A stretch of DNA of 64,000 nt from an uncultured Methylomirabilota bacterium (GCA_963845565.1 CAWJSJ010000001.1:32001-96000); one strand, 5' to 3'; shown: positions 40,983 to 52,485, counted from the stretch's first letter. Notes: generated by a model not told the origin, from the letters alone. A program made the numbers and translations.

Positions 40983-41089
40983 CGGCAGCGGGGCAGTCTC
41001 TGCCATTTCGAAATTCGAATTTCGAAATCCGAAGCGCCGCAGACTGCACCCCCGCTCCTCTGTATAACAGATGAAAGACAGGATTTCCC

Positions 41090-42742
41090 GTGATCGAATC
41101 ACGCAGTCGCGGTGACGTGTGGACTGGTGTAACCGGGATCGCCTTCGCGATCCTGGCGCTGCTCTTGATCCTGCCCCTGGGGCGCCTGCTATGGGCCAGC
41201 CTTCTGGATGACACCGGTGGCCTGACGCTGGCCCACTACCGGGAGTTTCTGGCGTATCCGTATTACTCGCGAACCATCGGCCACAGCTTCCTGGTGAGCA
41301 GCCTGGTCACCCTCGCCGCCCTGGTGGTGGCCGTGCCCGTGGCCTTCGTCCTGGCGCGGGTGCACATCCCGGGGAAGCCGTTCCTCACCACGCTGGCTAT
41401 CCTGCCCTTGGTCTCGCCGCCGTTCATCGGGGCATACTCTTGGATCCTACTCTTCGGGCGGGCCGGGTATGTCACGAGCCTCTTCCAGACGATTGGCATC
41501 AACATTCCCACCGTCTACGGCATGCACGGGATTGTCCTAGCGCTCAGCCTGAACCTGTACCCGTTCGTGCTCCTGATGGTGACCGGCGCGCTGCGCGCCC
41601 TGGACCAGTCGCTGGAGGAGGCGGCGCAGGGACTGGGGTCTAGCCCCTGGCGGGTGTTCTGGACGGTCACCGTTCCGGTCACGCTGCCCTCGATCCTGGG
41701 CGGGGCGCTCCTAGTCTTTCTGACGGCCTTCGCCGAGTTCGGCGCGCCCATGGTCATCGGCGAGGGATATCAGGTCCTCCCCACCATCGTGTACAGCCTG
41801 TTCGTGAACGAGATGGGCGGAAACCCCGCCATGGCCAGCACGGCCGCCACCCTACTGGTGCTCTGCACCACCGGCATCCTGCTGATCCAGTACTGGGCGG
41901 TGGGGCGGCGGCGCTACGCCATGAGCCAGCTACGGCCGATCCCGCCCGTTCGCCTCAGACCCGTCATGCAGTGGCTCTGTTCGAGTTATGTCTACCTCGT
42001 GGTCGGTCTGTCGCTGATCCCGGCGGTCGTGGTGATCGTGACCTCGTTCTTCGAGAGCCGGGGACCGGTGCTCTATCCGAACTTCAGCCTGGGGAACTAT
42101 CGGGAGGTCCTCTTCAGCGTCCCGCGCGCCATTGCCAACAGCTTCATGCTGTCCACAGTCTCCACGCTGCTGGACGTCCTCCTGGGGACCCTGATCGCCT
42201 ATCTGGTGGTCCGCCGGCGCTCTGCCACCACGGCGGTGCTGGACTCCTGCGTGATGGTGCCCTATGCGATCCCGGGGACCGTGATCGGCGTGGCGTTCAT
42301 CGTGGCCTTCAACAAGCCGCCCATCGTCCTCACCGGCACGTTCCTGATCCTGCTCGTCGCCTATTTCATCCGCCGGCTTCCGTACTCGGTGCGGGCGGGG
42401 TCCGCCATCCTCCACCAGATCGACCCGGCGGTGGAGGAGGCCTCGATCAGCCTGGGTGTCTCGCCGCTCAAGAGCTTCGTCAAGGTCACGGCCCGCCTGA
42501 TGATGCCCGGGATCGTCTCGGGCGGGATCCTGACCTGGGTGCAGACCATCACGGAGATCAGCGCCACCATCTTTCTCTATTTCGGCGCCTGGTCCACGAT
42601 CACCGTGGTCATCTATCGGCAGGTCAGCAGCAGCAACTTCGGCAGCGCCGCCGCGGCGTCCACCCTCCTGCTGGTGGCGGTCTTCATCCCCGTCCTGGTG
42701 GTGAACTGGGTGATGGGCGAGCGCGCCGTGACCGCGGTGTAA
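41090..42742 (+). CDS. FbpB-like fused ABC permease
   Basis: [16 protein letters not shown], two EAA loops, IPGTV. Confidence 0.92.
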   Translation: MIESRSRGDVWTGVTGIAFAILALLLILPLGRLLWASLLDDTGGLTLAHYREFLAYPYYSRTIGHSFLVSSLVTLAALVVAVPVAFVLARVHIPGKPFLTTLAILPLVSPPFIGAYSWILLFGRAGYVTSLFQTIGINIPTVYGMHGIVLALSLNLYPFVLLMVTGALRALDQSLEEAAQGLGSSPWRVFWTVTVPVTLPSILGGALLVFLTAFAEFGAPMVIGEGYQVLPTIVYSLFVNEMGGNPAMASTAATLLVLCTTGILLIQYWAVGRRRYAMSQLRPIPPVRLRPVMQWLCSSYVYLVVGLSLIPAVVVIVTSFFESRGPVLYPNFSLGNYREVLFSVPRAIANSFMLSTVSTLLDVLLGTLIAYLVVRRRSATTAVLDSCVMVPYAIPGTVIGVAFIVAFNKPPIVLTGTFLILLVAYFIRRLPYSVRAGSAILHQIDPAVEEASISLGVSPLKSFVKVTARLMMPGIVSGGILTWVQTITEISATIFLYFGAWSTITVVIYRQVSSSNFGSAAAASTLLLVAVFIPVLVVNWVMGERAVTAV

Positions 42743-42783
42743 CGCCGGTTCAACTACTGCGGCCTGCGCGCCGCCGAGGGGCC

Positions 42784-43869
42784 ATGGGAGCGATCCTGCA
42801 GTTTGAGCGAGTTCACAAGCGGTACGCGGACGTGGCGGCGCTGGCCGGGGTGTCCCTCACGATCCAGGGCGGGGAGTTCTTCACGTTGCTCGGGCCCAGT
42901 GGGTGCGGGAAGACCACCTTGCTCCGGTGCGTGGCGGGATTCCTCCGGCCGGACGATGGCCGGATCCTCTGTGACGGGGACCGGCTGGACCGCCTGCCGG
43001 CGCACAAGCGTGACATCGGCATGGTGTTCCAGAACTACGCCATCTTCCCCCACCTCACCGTCTTCGAGAACGTGGCCTATGGGCTGCGCGCTCGGCGGGT
43101 CGATCCGGCCGAGATCCGGCGGCGGGCGCTGGAGACGCTCACGCTCGTGCAGATGGATGCGCTGGCAGATCGGCGGCCGGATCAGTTGTCGGGCGGGCAG
43201 CAGCAACGGGTCGCGCTGGCCCGCGCCATGGCGATTCGGCCGCGGCTCCTGCTGATGGACGAGCCGCTCTCCAATCTGGACGCGAAGCTCCGCGTGGAAA
43301 TGCGGACGGAGATCCGGCGGCTGCAGCGAGAACTGGGCATCACGACTGTCTACGTGACCCACGACCAGGAAGAGGCGCTCGCCATCTCCGAGCGGCTGGC
43401 GGTGATGAACGCCGGGCGCGTGGAGCAGGTGGGGTTTCCCTGGGACGTCTACCAGGCGCCGCAGAGCGCTTTTGTGGCCCAGTTCATCGGAACCAGCAAC
43501 ACCCTGGCGGGCACGCTGGGCCGCGGGGACGGTGAGTGGGCGAGCGTCCTGATCGGTGACTGGACGCTGCGCGCGCGCCGGGCGGATGGCGTGACGGGGT
43601 CGGTGCTGGCGGTATTCCGACCGGAGGCGCTCAGCCTCCTCGCCGACGGCCGGGAGGCGGCCGGCGCCACGATCGGCGATGCCGTGGTGGTGAGCCGGGA
43701 GTTTCTGGGGGCCGTCCTGCGCTACCGGCTGCGCCTCGACGGCGGCGCCCTGATTCACCTCGACGTGCACAAGCCGAACGCGGCGCACCTCACGCCGGAA
43801 GGCGCGCGGATCCGGTTCTCCGTGCGGCCGGAGGATGTGATGCTGTTCCCTGCGAAGGAGGGGTCATGA
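42784..43869 (+). CDS. ABC ATP-binding protein (FbpC/PotA-like)
   Basis: [30 protein letters not shown]. Confidence 0.95.
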   Translation: MGAILQFERVHKRYADVAALAGVSLTIQGGEFFTLLGPSGCGKTTLLRCVAGFLRPDDGRILCDGDRLDRLPAHKRDIGMVFQNYAIFPHLTVFENVAYGLRARRVDPAEIRRRALETLTLVQMDALADRRPDQLSGGQQQRVALARAMAIRPRLLLMDEPLSNLDAKLRVEMRTEIRRLQRELGITTVYVTHDQEEALAISERLAVMNAGRVEQVGFPWDVYQAPQSAFVAQFIGTSNTLAGTLGRGDGEWASVLIGDWTLRARRADGVTGSVLAVFRPEALSLLADGREAAGATIGDAVVVSREFLGAVLRYRLRLDGGALIHLDVHKPNAAHLTPEGARIRFSVRPEDVMLFPAKEGS

Positions 43870-44723
43870 CCACAGAGCCATTTCGGATCAGCCGGTTGCC
43901 CCGCCACTTGCAGTCGCCGGTGAAGGAGGCGATCGCCGCGGCGCGGGAGGCCGGTCGGATCCTCGTGCGGCGCTTCCGCACGGGCGTGTCGGTGAAGATG
44001 AAGGGAGTGGCGGACATCGTCACCGCGACGGATGTCGAGGTGCAGGGCGTCGTGGTTCGCCGCCTGTGCCGCGCGTTCCCCGATCACGGCATCCTGGCCG
44101 AGGAGGGGCTGGACACCACGGCGGGCGCGGAGTGGCGCTGGATCTTGGACCCGCTGGACGGGACCAAGAACTTCGCCCGCGGCATCCCGAATTTCTGCGT
44201 GTCCATCGCCGCAGAGCGCCGGGGCCGGGTGGAGCTGGGCGTGGTGTACGATCCCATCCATGAGGAGTTGTTCGTGGGGGTGCGAAAGCATGGCGCCTGG
44301 TGCAACGGCAAGCCGATTCGGGTGTCAGGCGTGACGGACCTCCGGTCTGCGTTCGTGGCCACCGGGTGTCCGCACCGGGTGGGGCGGTACGTGCAGTCGG
44401 TGGCGCTGACCTTCGGGCGGTTCTGCGCGCGGAGCCTCGGGGTGCGGGACCGCGGGGCGGGGGCGCTGGATCTTTGCTACGTGGCGTGCGGGCGGTTCGA
44501 CGGCTACTGGGAGATCGATCAGTCGCCGTGGGACATTGCCGCCGGGGGCCTGATCGTGGAAGAGGCCGGTGGGCGGATGTCCGACTTCCGCGGCGGCTGC
44601 TTCGACATCTACGGCGGGGAGACGGTGGCCACCAACAGGCGAGTCCACGACCAGATCGTGCGGATCCTCCGGATGCCCGGAGGGATCCCCCCCCGGCATC
44701 GCCCGCCGGTGCGGCGCGGCTGA
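43866..44723 (+). CDS. Inositol monophosphatase (SuhB-like)
   Basis: [46 protein letters not shown]. Confidence 0.93.
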   Translation: MTTEPFRISRLPRHLQSPVKEAIAAAREAGRILVRRFRTGVSVKMKGVADIVTATDVEVQGVVVRRLCRAFPDHGILAEEGLDTTAGAEWRWILDPLDGTKNFARGIPNFCVSIAAERRGRVELGVVYDPIHEELFVGVRKHGAWCNGKPIRVSGVTDLRSAFVATGCPHRVGRYVQSVALTFGRFCARSLGVRDRGAGALDLCYVACGRFDGYWEIDQSPWDIAAGGLIVEEAGGRMSDFRGGCFDIYGGETVATNRRVHDQIVRILRMPGGIPPRHRPPVRRG

Positions 44724-44757
44724 ACCGTATCGCGCCGTTTCCGAGGGGTATGAGGTC

Positions 44758-45693
44758 ATGATGACGCGATCAGCAGCAAGAGCGAGGGGTTCGAGTCCTC
44801 GACACGATGGGCGCCGACGTCGGCCGCTGCTGCCCGTCCTGCGCCCGTATCTCTATCTCTTGCCGACGTTTGTTTTCCTCTTCATCTTCACCCACTGGCC
44901 GATCTTGCGCACGTTCTACGTCAGCCTTTTCAAGTGGAACATGGCCACTCCCAAGATGGAGTTCGTCGGACTGGCCAACTATGCGCAGGCCTGGAACGCC
45001 CCGGTGTTCTGGGAAGTGTTGCGGAATAATCTCCTCTTCGCCGCCGGGACGGTGCCCCTCACGCTGGGTCTGGCGCTCGTGCTGGCGCTGCTCATCAACC
45101 AGAAGATCCGGCGCCTGGCCATTTATCGGGTGTTTCTGTTCTATCCGACGATGATCCCCATGGCGGCGGCGGCCATGATCTGGCTGTGGATTCTCACGCC
45201 GAACTATGGCCTCCTGAACTACTACGGGCGATGGTTCGGGCTGCCGGACATCCATTGGCTTGGCGACAACAAACTCGCCATCTGGGCGCTGGTCCTGGTT
45301 GGGGTCTGGAAGCGGGTCGGCTATTACATGGTGATCTACTTGGCGGGGCTCCAGGTGATCCCCGAACACCTCTACGAGGCGGCCCGCATCGAAGGGGCGG
45401 GACCCTGGCAACGTTTCTGGAAGGTCACATTTCCGCTGGTTTCCCCCACGACATTTTTCGTGGCGGTCATGGTCGTGATCGATTCGTTTCAGGCTATCGA
45501 TCAGGTGTACCTGATGACGGGAGGCGGACCCGGCAACTCCACGAATCTTTTCATTTTCTACATCTATCAGAACGCGTTCCGGTTCTTCGACTTCGGGTAC
45601 GCCTCGGCCATCTCGGCGATCCTGTTCCTGATCCTGCTGGGGCTGACGGTTCTCGCATTTCGCACGCTCCACCGGAAGGTGCATTATGCGTAG
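44758..45693 (+). CDS. Carbohydrate ABC permease (UgpA-like)
   Basis: FVGLANY, LAGLQ.IP..LYEAA, TGGGP.NST. Confidence 0.9.
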   Translation: MMTRSAARARGSSPRHDGRRRRPLLPVLRPYLYLLPTFVFLFIFTHWPILRTFYVSLFKWNMATPKMEFVGLANYAQAWNAPVFWEVLRNNLLFAAGTVPLTLGLALVLALLINQKIRRLAIYRVFLFYPTMIPMAAAAMIWLWILTPNYGLLNYYGRWFGLPDIHWLGDNKLAIWALVLVGVWKRVGYYMVIYLAGLQVIPEHLYEAARIEGAGPWQRFWKVTFPLVSPTTFFVAVMVVIDSFQAIDQVYLMTGGGPGNSTNLFIFYIYQNAFRFFDFGYASAISAILFLILLGLTVLAFRTLHRKVHYA

Positions 45694-46516
45694 CCGAACT
45701 GCCTGGAGCCCAGCGGTCCACGTCGCCTTGGCCCTGGCGGCGCTGGTCATGATCGTGCCGCTGGTCTGGATCGTCCTCACGGCCTTCAAGGAGCGGAACG
45801 AGGTCTTTTCGCAGATCCCGCAATGGCTTCCGGCGCATCCGACGTTCACGAATTTCCTCGGCGTCCTCGACGCGATGCCCTTCTGGCAGTACTACTGGAA
45901 CACGATCGCGGTGTCGTTCGGTCTCTTGGCTATTCAGTTGGTGACCGTGACCCTGGCCGCCTACGCCTTCGCGCGGATGACGTTTCCGGGACGCGACCTG
46001 CTGTTCATCCTGCTCCTGGTGCAGCTCATGATCGCGCCCCAGAGCACCGTGGTCCAGAATTACATCACCGTGACGCGGTTGGGTCTCTTGGACACCAAAC
46101 TCGCAATCATGGCTCCGTATCTCGCGTCGGCCTACGGAACGTTCCTGTTGCGCCAGACATTCAAAGGGATTCCGAAAGAATTGGAAGAGGCGGCGGCCCT
46201 GGACGGCTGCGGCGGTATCCGTTTCCTGTTATACGTCGCTATTCCGCTGGCGTTGCCGGGCTACCTCGCATTCGGCCTGGTGAGCATCACCTATCACTGG
46301 AACGAGTTCTTCTGGCCGCTGGTAGTCACCGAGACGACCAAATCGCGCACGCTGACGCTCGGACTCGGCATTTTCGCACAAACGGCGGAGGGGTCGGCCG
46401 ACTGGACCATGCTGATGGCCATGACCCTGATGGTGATCGCCGTGCCGCTGGTCGTGTTCCTGGTGTTCCAGCGACGGTTCATCAACAGCTTCATGCAGTC
46501 GGGGCTCGGCGGATAG
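45686..46516 (+). CDS. Carbohydrate ABC permease (UgpE-like)
   Basis: AAYAFAR..FPGR, FLLRQ.F..IPKELEEAA, WNEFFWPL. Confidence 0.92.
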   Translation: MRSRTAWSPAVHVALALAALVMIVPLVWIVLTAFKERNEVFSQIPQWLPAHPTFTNFLGVLDAMPFWQYYWNTIAVSFGLLAIQLVTVTLAAYAFARMTFPGRDLLFILLLVQLMIAPQSTVVQNYITVTRLGLLDTKLAIMAPYLASAYGTFLLRQTFKGIPKELEEAAALDGCGGIRFLLYVAIPLALPGYLAFGLVSITYHWNEFFWPLVVTETTKSRTLTLGLGIFAQTAEGSADWTMLMAMTLMVIAVPLVVFLVFQRRFINSFMQSGLGG

Positions 46517-46561
46517 GACGCGGGGGCGCCGGGGCGTCCCCCTCTCACAGGAGGGTGTGTC

Positions 46562-47824
46562 ATGAAACGGATGGCATGGGCGATCGTTGCAGTGCTGCTC
46601 TTGGCCGCGCCGGCGTGGGCGGGGACGACCATCAAGTTCTACTATCCCGTGCATCTCACCGGTCCGCTGGTCAAGGAGGTGGAGGCGGTGGTGGCCGAGT
46701 TCCACAAGGCGCAACCCGACATCAAGGTGGAGCCGGTCTGGGGTGGAAACTACGCCGAGAACATGCAGAAGACGGTGGCGGCCCTGCAGGCGGGCAGCCC
46801 GCCGGACGTCGCCGTCCACCTCGCGGTGGACCTCATCACCCTGCGCGACATGGACGCGGTCGTGCCGCTGGATGAGTTCGTGCAGAAAGCGGGGGGCGAC
46901 AAGTTTCTGGCGGACTTTTTCCCCGGCTTCGTCAGTGACCTGAAAGCGGACGGAAAAATCTGGGCCATCCCCTTCCAGCGAAGCACGCCGATTCTCTACT
47001 ACAACAAGGACCTCTTCAAGAAGGCGGGCCTGGATCCGAACAAGCCGCCTACGAACTGGGAGGAGTTGCTGGCGACCGCCCAGAAGGCAACCGTGCGGAA
47101 TCCGCAGGGCCAGGCGACGACCTGGGGCCTAACCATCCCGGATGACATCTGGCTGGTCATGTCGTTCATCATGCAGAACGGGGGCCGGACCTCGAGTCCG
47201 GATTTCAAGAAGGTCTACCTCGGCGAGAAGCCGGCCATCGAGGCGGTACAATTCTGGGCGGACATGGCCAACAAGCACAAGGTGATGCCGCGCCACCGCA
47301 CCTTCCCTCAGTCGGTTCAGGACTTCGCGGCCGGCAATACCGCGATGCTGATTCACTCCACCGGAAACCTGCGCTTCGTGCGCGATTCGGCCAAGTTCGA
47401 ATGGGGAGTCGCGTTTCTGCCCAAGCACAAGCAGCAGGCGGTGGCCATTGGCGGCGCCGGCTTCTACATCTTCAAGAAGGCGTCCAAGGAGAAGCAAGAA
47501 GCGGCGTGGCAATTTGCCAAGTTTGCCTGCTCGCCGGAGATCCAGGCGCGCTGGAACATCGGCTCGGGTTACATCGCCACGCGAAAGTCCGCCTTTGATC
47601 TTCCGGTCATGAAGGAGTACGCGGAAAAGTTGCCTCAGGTGCTGGTGGCGCGCGACCAGCTTCCCTACGCCTCGCCGGAGATGAGCACGCACGACAACTG
47701 GAAGATGCGGAATGTGTTCACGACCACCTTCCAGGAGATCCTGGACGAGAAATACACGCCCGAGGCGGGGATGAAGAAGGCCCAGGCCGAGATCGAGAAG
47801 ATCCTGGCGCCGTTCCAGAAATAA
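46562..47824 (+). CDS. ABC substrate-binding protein (UgpB-like)
   Basis: FYYPV..GP, IPFQRSTPILYYNK, STGNL, GGAGFYIFK. Confidence 0.88.
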   Translation: MKRMAWAIVAVLLLAAPAWAGTTIKFYYPVHLTGPLVKEVEAVVAEFHKAQPDIKVEPVWGGNYAENMQKTVAALQAGSPPDVAVHLAVDLITLRDMDAVVPLDEFVQKAGGDKFLADFFPGFVSDLKADGKIWAIPFQRSTPILYYNKDLFKKAGLDPNKPPTNWEELLATAQKATVRNPQGQATTWGLTIPDDIWLVMSFIMQNGGRTSSPDFKKVYLGEKPAIEAVQFWADMANKHKVMPRHRTFPQSVQDFAAGNTAMLIHSTGNLRFVRDSAKFEWGVAFLPKHKQQAVAIGGAGFYIFKKASKEKQEAAWQFAKFACSPEIQARWNIGSGYIATRKSAFDLPVMKEYAEKLPQVLVARDQLPYASPEMSTHDNWKMRNVFTTTFQEILDEKYTPEAGMKKAQAEIEKILAPFQK

Positions 47825-47898
47825 GGGCTGCCGGCGTGCGAGACGTCGGGGGCAGGGAACAAAACGCGCAATGCGATTGCTTCCTGCCCCTATTTCGA

Positions 47899-47916
47899 CT
47901 GTATTATCTTTGTAAC
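47899..47916 (+). promoter_or_regulatory. Possible Pho box upstream of phnD
   Basis: CTGTATT-ATCT-TTGTAAC resembles the 7-4-7 direct repeat CTGTCAT-N4-CTGTCAC. Confidence 0.4.
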
Positions 47917-47972
47917 ATCCATCTGACGGGCAGGGAGCCCGATTTTTTCCTTGGACCACGGAGGGAGGTACC

Positions 47973-48962
47973 ATGCGCAAGACAATGTTGCCTTGCATGC
48001 TGGTCGGCTTTGCGATCCTTGCGGCGCTGTCGGGCAACGGGGCCGTCGCGGCCGATGCGTGCTCCAATCGCGGAACGCTGGATACCATGTACTGCGACGA
48101 GAACAAGGACCTTGTCGCCGATCCGCCCAAGGACAAGTCCCAGTGGAAGGATCCGGGGACTCTCGTCTTCACCTACACCCCGGTGGAGGATCCTGCGGTC
48201 TATCGCAAGCTCTTCGAGCCGTTCCTCGAGCACCTGGGCAAGGTGACGGGGAAGAAGGTTGTCTACTACTCCGTCCATTCCAACGCCGCTCAGGTGGAGG
48301 CCATGCGTTCCGGGCGGCTGCACATGGCCGGCTTCTCCACGGGGCCGACTATGTACGCCGTAAACCTCGCCGGCGCCGTTCCCTTCGCCTGCCGGGGCTA
48401 CCAGGATAAGTTCGAGGCGTACAACCTCATCGTCATCGTCAAGAGCAGCAGCCCCTTCCAGAAGGTGGCGGACCTGAAGGGCAAGAAGGTGGCCCACACC
48501 GCGCCCAGCTCCAACTCCGGCAACCTGGCCCCGCGCGCCCTGCTGCCCGCCGAGGGACTGGTCCCCGATAAGGACTACAAGCCGCTCTTCTCCGGGAAGC
48601 ACGACCAGTCCATTTTGGGGGTCAATAGCGGAGATTACGACGCGGCCACGGTCGCCTCGGACGTCTTCGACCGGATGGTGAACCGCGGGACGGTGAAGGC
48701 GGCGGACTTCCGGGTCATCTACCGCAGCCAGCCCTTCCCCACCTCATCCTACGCCTACGCCCACGACCTGCATCCGGAGCTGGTGGCCAAGGTTCAAGAG
48801 GGGTTCCTCAAGTACCCGTTCCCCCCGGAGATGTCCAAGGCGTTGGAAGGCACGACGCGATTCTTCCCCATCACTTACAAGAAGGAGTGGGAGGTGATCC
48901 GGAAGGTGGCCGAGTCGGTGGGCGAGACATTCACCGTCGAGACCCTGAAGCAGCTCAAATAA
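47973..48962 (+). CDS. phnD: Phosphate/phosphite/phosphonate ABC substrate-binding protein
   Basis: YTPVEDP, FSTGPT, SSNSG, SGKHDQS, FPTSS. Confidence 0.9.
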   Translation: MRKTMLPCMLVGFAILAALSGNGAVAADACSNRGTLDTMYCDENKDLVADPPKDKSQWKDPGTLVFTYTPVEDPAVYRKLFEPFLEHLGKVTGKKVVYYSVHSNAAQVEAMRSGRLHMAGFSTGPTMYAVNLAGAVPFACRGYQDKFEAYNLIVIVKSSSPFQKVADLKGKKVAHTAPSSNSGNLAPRALLPAEGLVPDKDYKPLFSGKHDQSILGVNSGDYDAATVASDVFDRMVNRGTVKAADFRVIYRSQPFPTSSYAYAHDLHPELVAKVQEGFLKYPFPPEMSKALEGTTRFFPITYKKEWEVIRKVAESVGETFTVETLKQLK

Positions 48963-48976
48963 CCCCTGGAGCCGAT

Positions 48977-49966
48977 GTGACGCCAGGCGCGCTCGACATT
49001 CGGGATCTGACCAAGGCCTACACGCGGCACCAGCCCGTGTTGCGCGGCGTCACGGCGACGCTGGACTCGGAGGGGATCACAGCCGTCATCGGGCCCTCCG
49101 GGGCGGGCAAGAGTACCCTGCTCCGTTGTATCAACCGGCTGGTGGAGCCCAGCTCGGGCCGGATCCTGTTCAAGGGGACCGACCTGACCCGCCTCCACGG
49201 CCGGGCGCTGCGCGAGGCCCGCCGGCGCATCGGCATGGTGTTCCAGGAATTCAACCTGGTCGAGCGCCTGAGTGTGATCGAGAACCTGCTGAGCGGACGC
49301 CTGGGCTACCTGCCGCCCTGGCGGGCCTGGCTGCGGAAGTTCCCCGAGGCGGACCTCCGGCACGCCTTCGACCTGCTGGAGCGGCTGGGTCTGGAGGAGT
49401 TCGCGGCCAAGCGGGCGGACGCCCTCTCGGGCGGCCAGCGCCAGCGGGTGGGAATCGGCCGGGCTCTGATGCAGGAGCCGGAGCTGCTCCTGGCCGACGA
49501 GCCGACCTCGTCCCTGGATCCTAAGACGTCGGTCGAGATCATGGAGACCATGGCGGAACTGGCGCGGGAGCGGCACATCCCCGTGATCGTCAACATGCAC
49601 GACGTAGCCCTGGCCCGGCGCTTCGCCGACCGGATGATCGGCATGACCGACGGCCGGATCGTCTTCGACGGCCCACCCGACCGGCTCAGTACCGAGGTCT
49701 TGGCCACGATCTACGGGGGGAAGCATGGATGCGCTGACCCGGCGAGCCCTGGGCGAGGTCCCCGTCCCGGCGGGGTGGGGCGACCGGCTGCGCTGGCTGG
49801 GGGAGCGATACGGGAGCCGGCTGGCGGCGGCCCTGGTCGTCGGCTACGCGCTTTACGCCGCCGCAGTGCTGGGCTTCACGCCGGCGCGCTTCTGGGCGGG
49901 GCTGGAGCACGGCCGGGTCTTCCTGGAGCGTCTGTTTCCGCCCGATTTCCCGACCCGGTGGAGTGA
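48977..49966 (+). CDS. phnC: Phosphonate ABC ATP-binding protein (true end probably ~49737)
   Basis: [38 protein letters not shown]; the tail after IYGG overlaps phnE by ~240 nt. Confidence 0.88.
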   Translation: MTPGALDIRDLTKAYTRHQPVLRGVTATLDSEGITAVIGPSGAGKSTLLRCINRLVEPSSGRILFKGTDLTRLHGRALREARRRIGMVFQEFNLVERLSVIENLLSGRLGYLPPWRAWLRKFPEADLRHAFDLLERLGLEEFAAKRADALSGGQRQRVGIGRALMQEPELLLADEPTSSLDPKTSVEIMETMAELARERHIPVIVNMHDVALARRFADRMIGMTDGRIVFDGPPDRLSTEVLATIYGGKHGCADPASPGRGPRPGGVGRPAALAGGAIREPAGGGPGRRLRALRRRSAGLHAGALLGGAGARPGLPGASVSARFPDPVE

Positions 49967-50555
49967 CATCCAGCACGACATGTTGGAGAGTGTGGAGATC
50001 GCCATTCTGGCGTCGGTCCTGGGCATCGCCGCCTCCCTCCCTATGGGCCTGCTAGCGGCCCGGAACCTGATGCCGGCTTGGATCACCTGGCCGGTGCGGG
50101 GAGTCATCAGCATCTGTCGCTCGTTCCACCCGGTCATCGTCGGGATTGTCTTTGTCAAGGCGATCGGCTTCGGGCCGCTGGCGGGCGTCCTCACCCTGGC
50201 CGTGGCATCCGTCGGGTTCATCGGTAAGCTCTTCACTGAGGCGGTCGAGGAGATCTCGCTGAAGCAGGTCGAGGCCGTCCGGGCTACGGGGGCCGCCTTC
50301 CCCAACGTCCTGATCTTCGGCGTCTTGCCCCAGGTCTCGGCGCGTTTCGTGGGGTTCAGCACCTACCAACTCGACAGCAACTTGCGCAACTCGACGATCC
50401 TGGGGATCGTGGGTGCCGGCGGGATCGGCGGGACCCTCTTCGCCGCCTTCCAGCGCTTCGACTACAACATCGTGTGCGCCATCGTCATCGTCATCGTGGC
50501 CCTGATCATGGCCGGAGAGATCGTCTCCGAGCGCGTCCGGGCGCTCTTCCAGTGA
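49725..50555 (+). CDS. phnE: Phosphonate ABC permease
   Basis: LFPPD, AARNL, GFIGKLF.E..EEI, RNSTILG.VGAGGIG. Confidence 0.92.
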   Translation: MDALTRRALGEVPVPAGWGDRLRWLGERYGSRLAAALVVGYALYAAAVLGFTPARFWAGLEHGRVFLERLFPPDFPTRWSDIQHDMLESVEIAILASVLGIAASLPMGLLAARNLMPAWITWPVRGVISICRSFHPVIVGIVFVKAIGFGPLAGVLTLAVASVGFIGKLFTEAVEEISLKQVEAVRATGAAFPNVLIFGVLPQVSARFVGFSTYQLDSNLRNSTILGIVGAGGIGGTLFAAFQRFDYNIVCAIVIVIVALIMAGEIVSERVRALFQ

Positions 50556-51361
50556 GCCAGGTCGGCACCGGCATCGCGCGCGAGTGGCGTCGGTTCACGC
50601 CCCGGGAGCGGGCGGGGCGCAGCGCGGTCTATCTCGCTACCGTCCTGGTCGTTGTCGTCTCGGCCCGGAGCATCGAGATCATCCCGGAGTTCCTGCGCGA
50701 CACGCCGGACCAGGTCGCCGACCTCTTCGTGCGCATGTGGCCGGTGGACTGGGGATTCCTGGTTGCCGCTGCGGGCGGGGCCATGGTCGAGACGCTTCAC
50801 ATCGCGACCCTGGGCACCCTGGCGACGCTGGTGCTGGCTTTCCCGCTGGGGGTGCTAGCGGCACGGAACATCGTGGCGAACCCCGCGGTGCGATTTGGGG
50901 CCAAGCTCCTGCTGGTGGCTTCGCGGTCGGTGAACTCCCTGGTCTGGGCGCTGCTCTTCGTCGCCGTCTTCGGGCCGGGGGCCGTGGCGGGGACCGTGGC
51001 CATCACCTTTCGCTCCATCGGCTTCGTCGGGAAGCTCCTGGGCGAGGCCCTGGAGGAGGCCGCCCCGGGTCCCGTGGAAGCCATGGTGGCGGTGGGCGCC
51101 CCCTGGGCGAGCGTCTTCCTGAAGGGTTACTGGCCCCAGGTGAAGCCGGCCTTCTTCTCCATCGTGCTCTTGCGCTGGGACATCAACGTGCGGGAGTCGT
51201 CCGTGCTGGGCCTGGTGGGCGCGGGAGGCATTGGTCTGGTGCTGGACTCTGCCATCAATGTCTTCCAGTGGCGGGCGGTGGCGGGCGTGCTGCTGCTGAT
51301 CCTGGCGGTGGTCCTCCTGGGCGAGGTTGTGGTAACCTATCTCCGCAAACAGATCCTCTGA
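50552..51361 (+). CDS. phnE: Phosphonate ABC permease, second paralogue
   Basis: [37 protein letters not shown] overlaps the upstream stop. Confidence 0.92.
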   Translation: MSQVGTGIAREWRRFTPRERAGRSAVYLATVLVVVVSARSIEIIPEFLRDTPDQVADLFVRMWPVDWGFLVAAAGGAMVETLHIATLGTLATLVLAFPLGVLAARNIVANPAVRFGAKLLLVASRSVNSLVWALLFVAVFGPGAVAGTVAITFRSIGFVGKLLGEALEEAAPGPVEAMVAVGAPWASVFLKGYWPQVKPAFFSIVLLRWDINVRESSVLGLVGAGGIGLVLDSAINVFQWRAVAGVLLLILAVVLLGEVVVTYLRKQIL

Positions 51362-51378
51362 CGCAGCAAATGTGGCGA

Positions 51379-51453
51379 GGTTCGACGGGTCAGCGATTCG
51401 GTGGTTCGGGAACGGCCGAACCCTCGAACCGCCGAATCCGTGAACCTCTCGAC
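51379..51453. repeat. Inverted pair of degenerate 8-mer arrays
   Basis: ggttcgac gggtcagc gattcggt ggttcggg ... gccgaacc ctcgaacc gccgaatc cgtgaacc; same family as 30670-30762. Confidence 0.7.
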
Positions 51454-51471
51454 ACGGAAAGGAGCGATGCC

Positions 51472-52485
51472 ATGAAGCGCTGGATGCTGTTCTTGCCGTT
51501 GATCGGGGCTCTGGTGCTGTCCGCGGGGGTGGCTGCGGCAGCCGACACGGTGAATGCGTACTCGATCTGGCCCGAGAACTGGGCGCGGCCCATGTTCCAG
51601 GAGTTCGAGAAGGCGACCGGGATCAAGGTGAACTTCGTGCGGTTCTCCTCGGGCGAGGCGCTGGCCCGGGTGATCGCCGAGAAGAACAACCCGCGGGTGG
51701 ACGTCCTCTTCGGCGGCCCGGTGGAGACGCACGCGGCCGGGATCAAGGAGGGCATCTTCGAGTCCTACAAGCCGGCCACGTTCGCGGCGCTGCCGGCCCG
51801 CATGAAGCACGCGGACGGGCAATGGGTGGCCATCGCCGACGATCCACTGGTCTTCATGAGCAACGCCAAGTTTCTGAAGGAAAACAACCTGAAGGCGCCG
51901 GCGTCGTGGGACGATCTCTTGAACCCGGCCTACAAGAACATGATCCAGATGGCGGACGCCCGCACGTCGGGGACGGCGGTGACCCGGATCTTCTCCATCC
52001 TGGAGGTGTTCGGCCGGGACGAGGAGAAAGCCTTTGCCTACATGAAGAAGCTTCGGCCGAACGTCCAGCTTTACACCAAGAGCGGCGGCGGCGGGACGCT
52101 GCCGGTGGGCCTGGGCCAAGCCGGCGCCGGGATCTTCTTCATCGTGGACGCGCTGGACACCAAGGCCAAGGGATACGATGTGGTGGTCAGCTTCCCGAAG
52201 GACGGGATCGGAACGGCCGCCGAGGCGATCGCGCTGTTGAAGGGAGCCAAGAACCCCGAAGCGGGGAAGAAGTTGATCGACTGGGCGAGTTCGCCGGCGA
52301 TGCAGTCGCTCTTCGCCACGTACAAGATCAACTTCGTTCCGGCGCATCCCGAGGTGAAAGTCGAGGCCAGCCTGGCGGAGGTCTTGAAGGGGGCCAAGAT
52401 CTTCCCGATCGACGACGCCTACGCCGGGGCCAACCGGAAGCGGATCGTGGAGCGCTGGATCAACGAGGTGCTGCCCGCGCAATAA
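51472..52485 (+). CDS. AfuA-like ABC substrate-binding protein
   Basis: FSSGEALAR..AEKNNP..DVLFGGP, ADARTSGT, YTKSG; RBS aaggag. Confidence 0.9.
   Translation: MKRWMLFLPLIGALVLSAGVAAAADTVNAYSIWPENWARPMFQEFEKATGIKVNFVRFSSGEALARVIAEKNNPRVDVLFGGPVETHAAGIKEGIFESYKPATFAALPARMKHADGQWVAIADDPLVFMSNAKFLKENNLKAPASWDDLLNPAYKNMIQMADARTSGTAVTRIFSILEVFGRDEEKAFAYMKKLRPNVQLYTKSGGGGTLPVGLGQAGAGIFFIVDALDTKAKGYDVVVSFPKDGIGTAAEAIALLKGAKNPEAGKKLIDWASSPAMQSLFATYKINFVPAHPEVKVEASLAEVLKGAKIFPIDDAYAGANRKRIVERWINEVLPAQ

Noticed and set aside
44784..44800. tRNA T-arm-like GGGTTCGAGTCC
   Set aside because: Lies inside the permease ORF, with no acceptor, D or anticodon arms.
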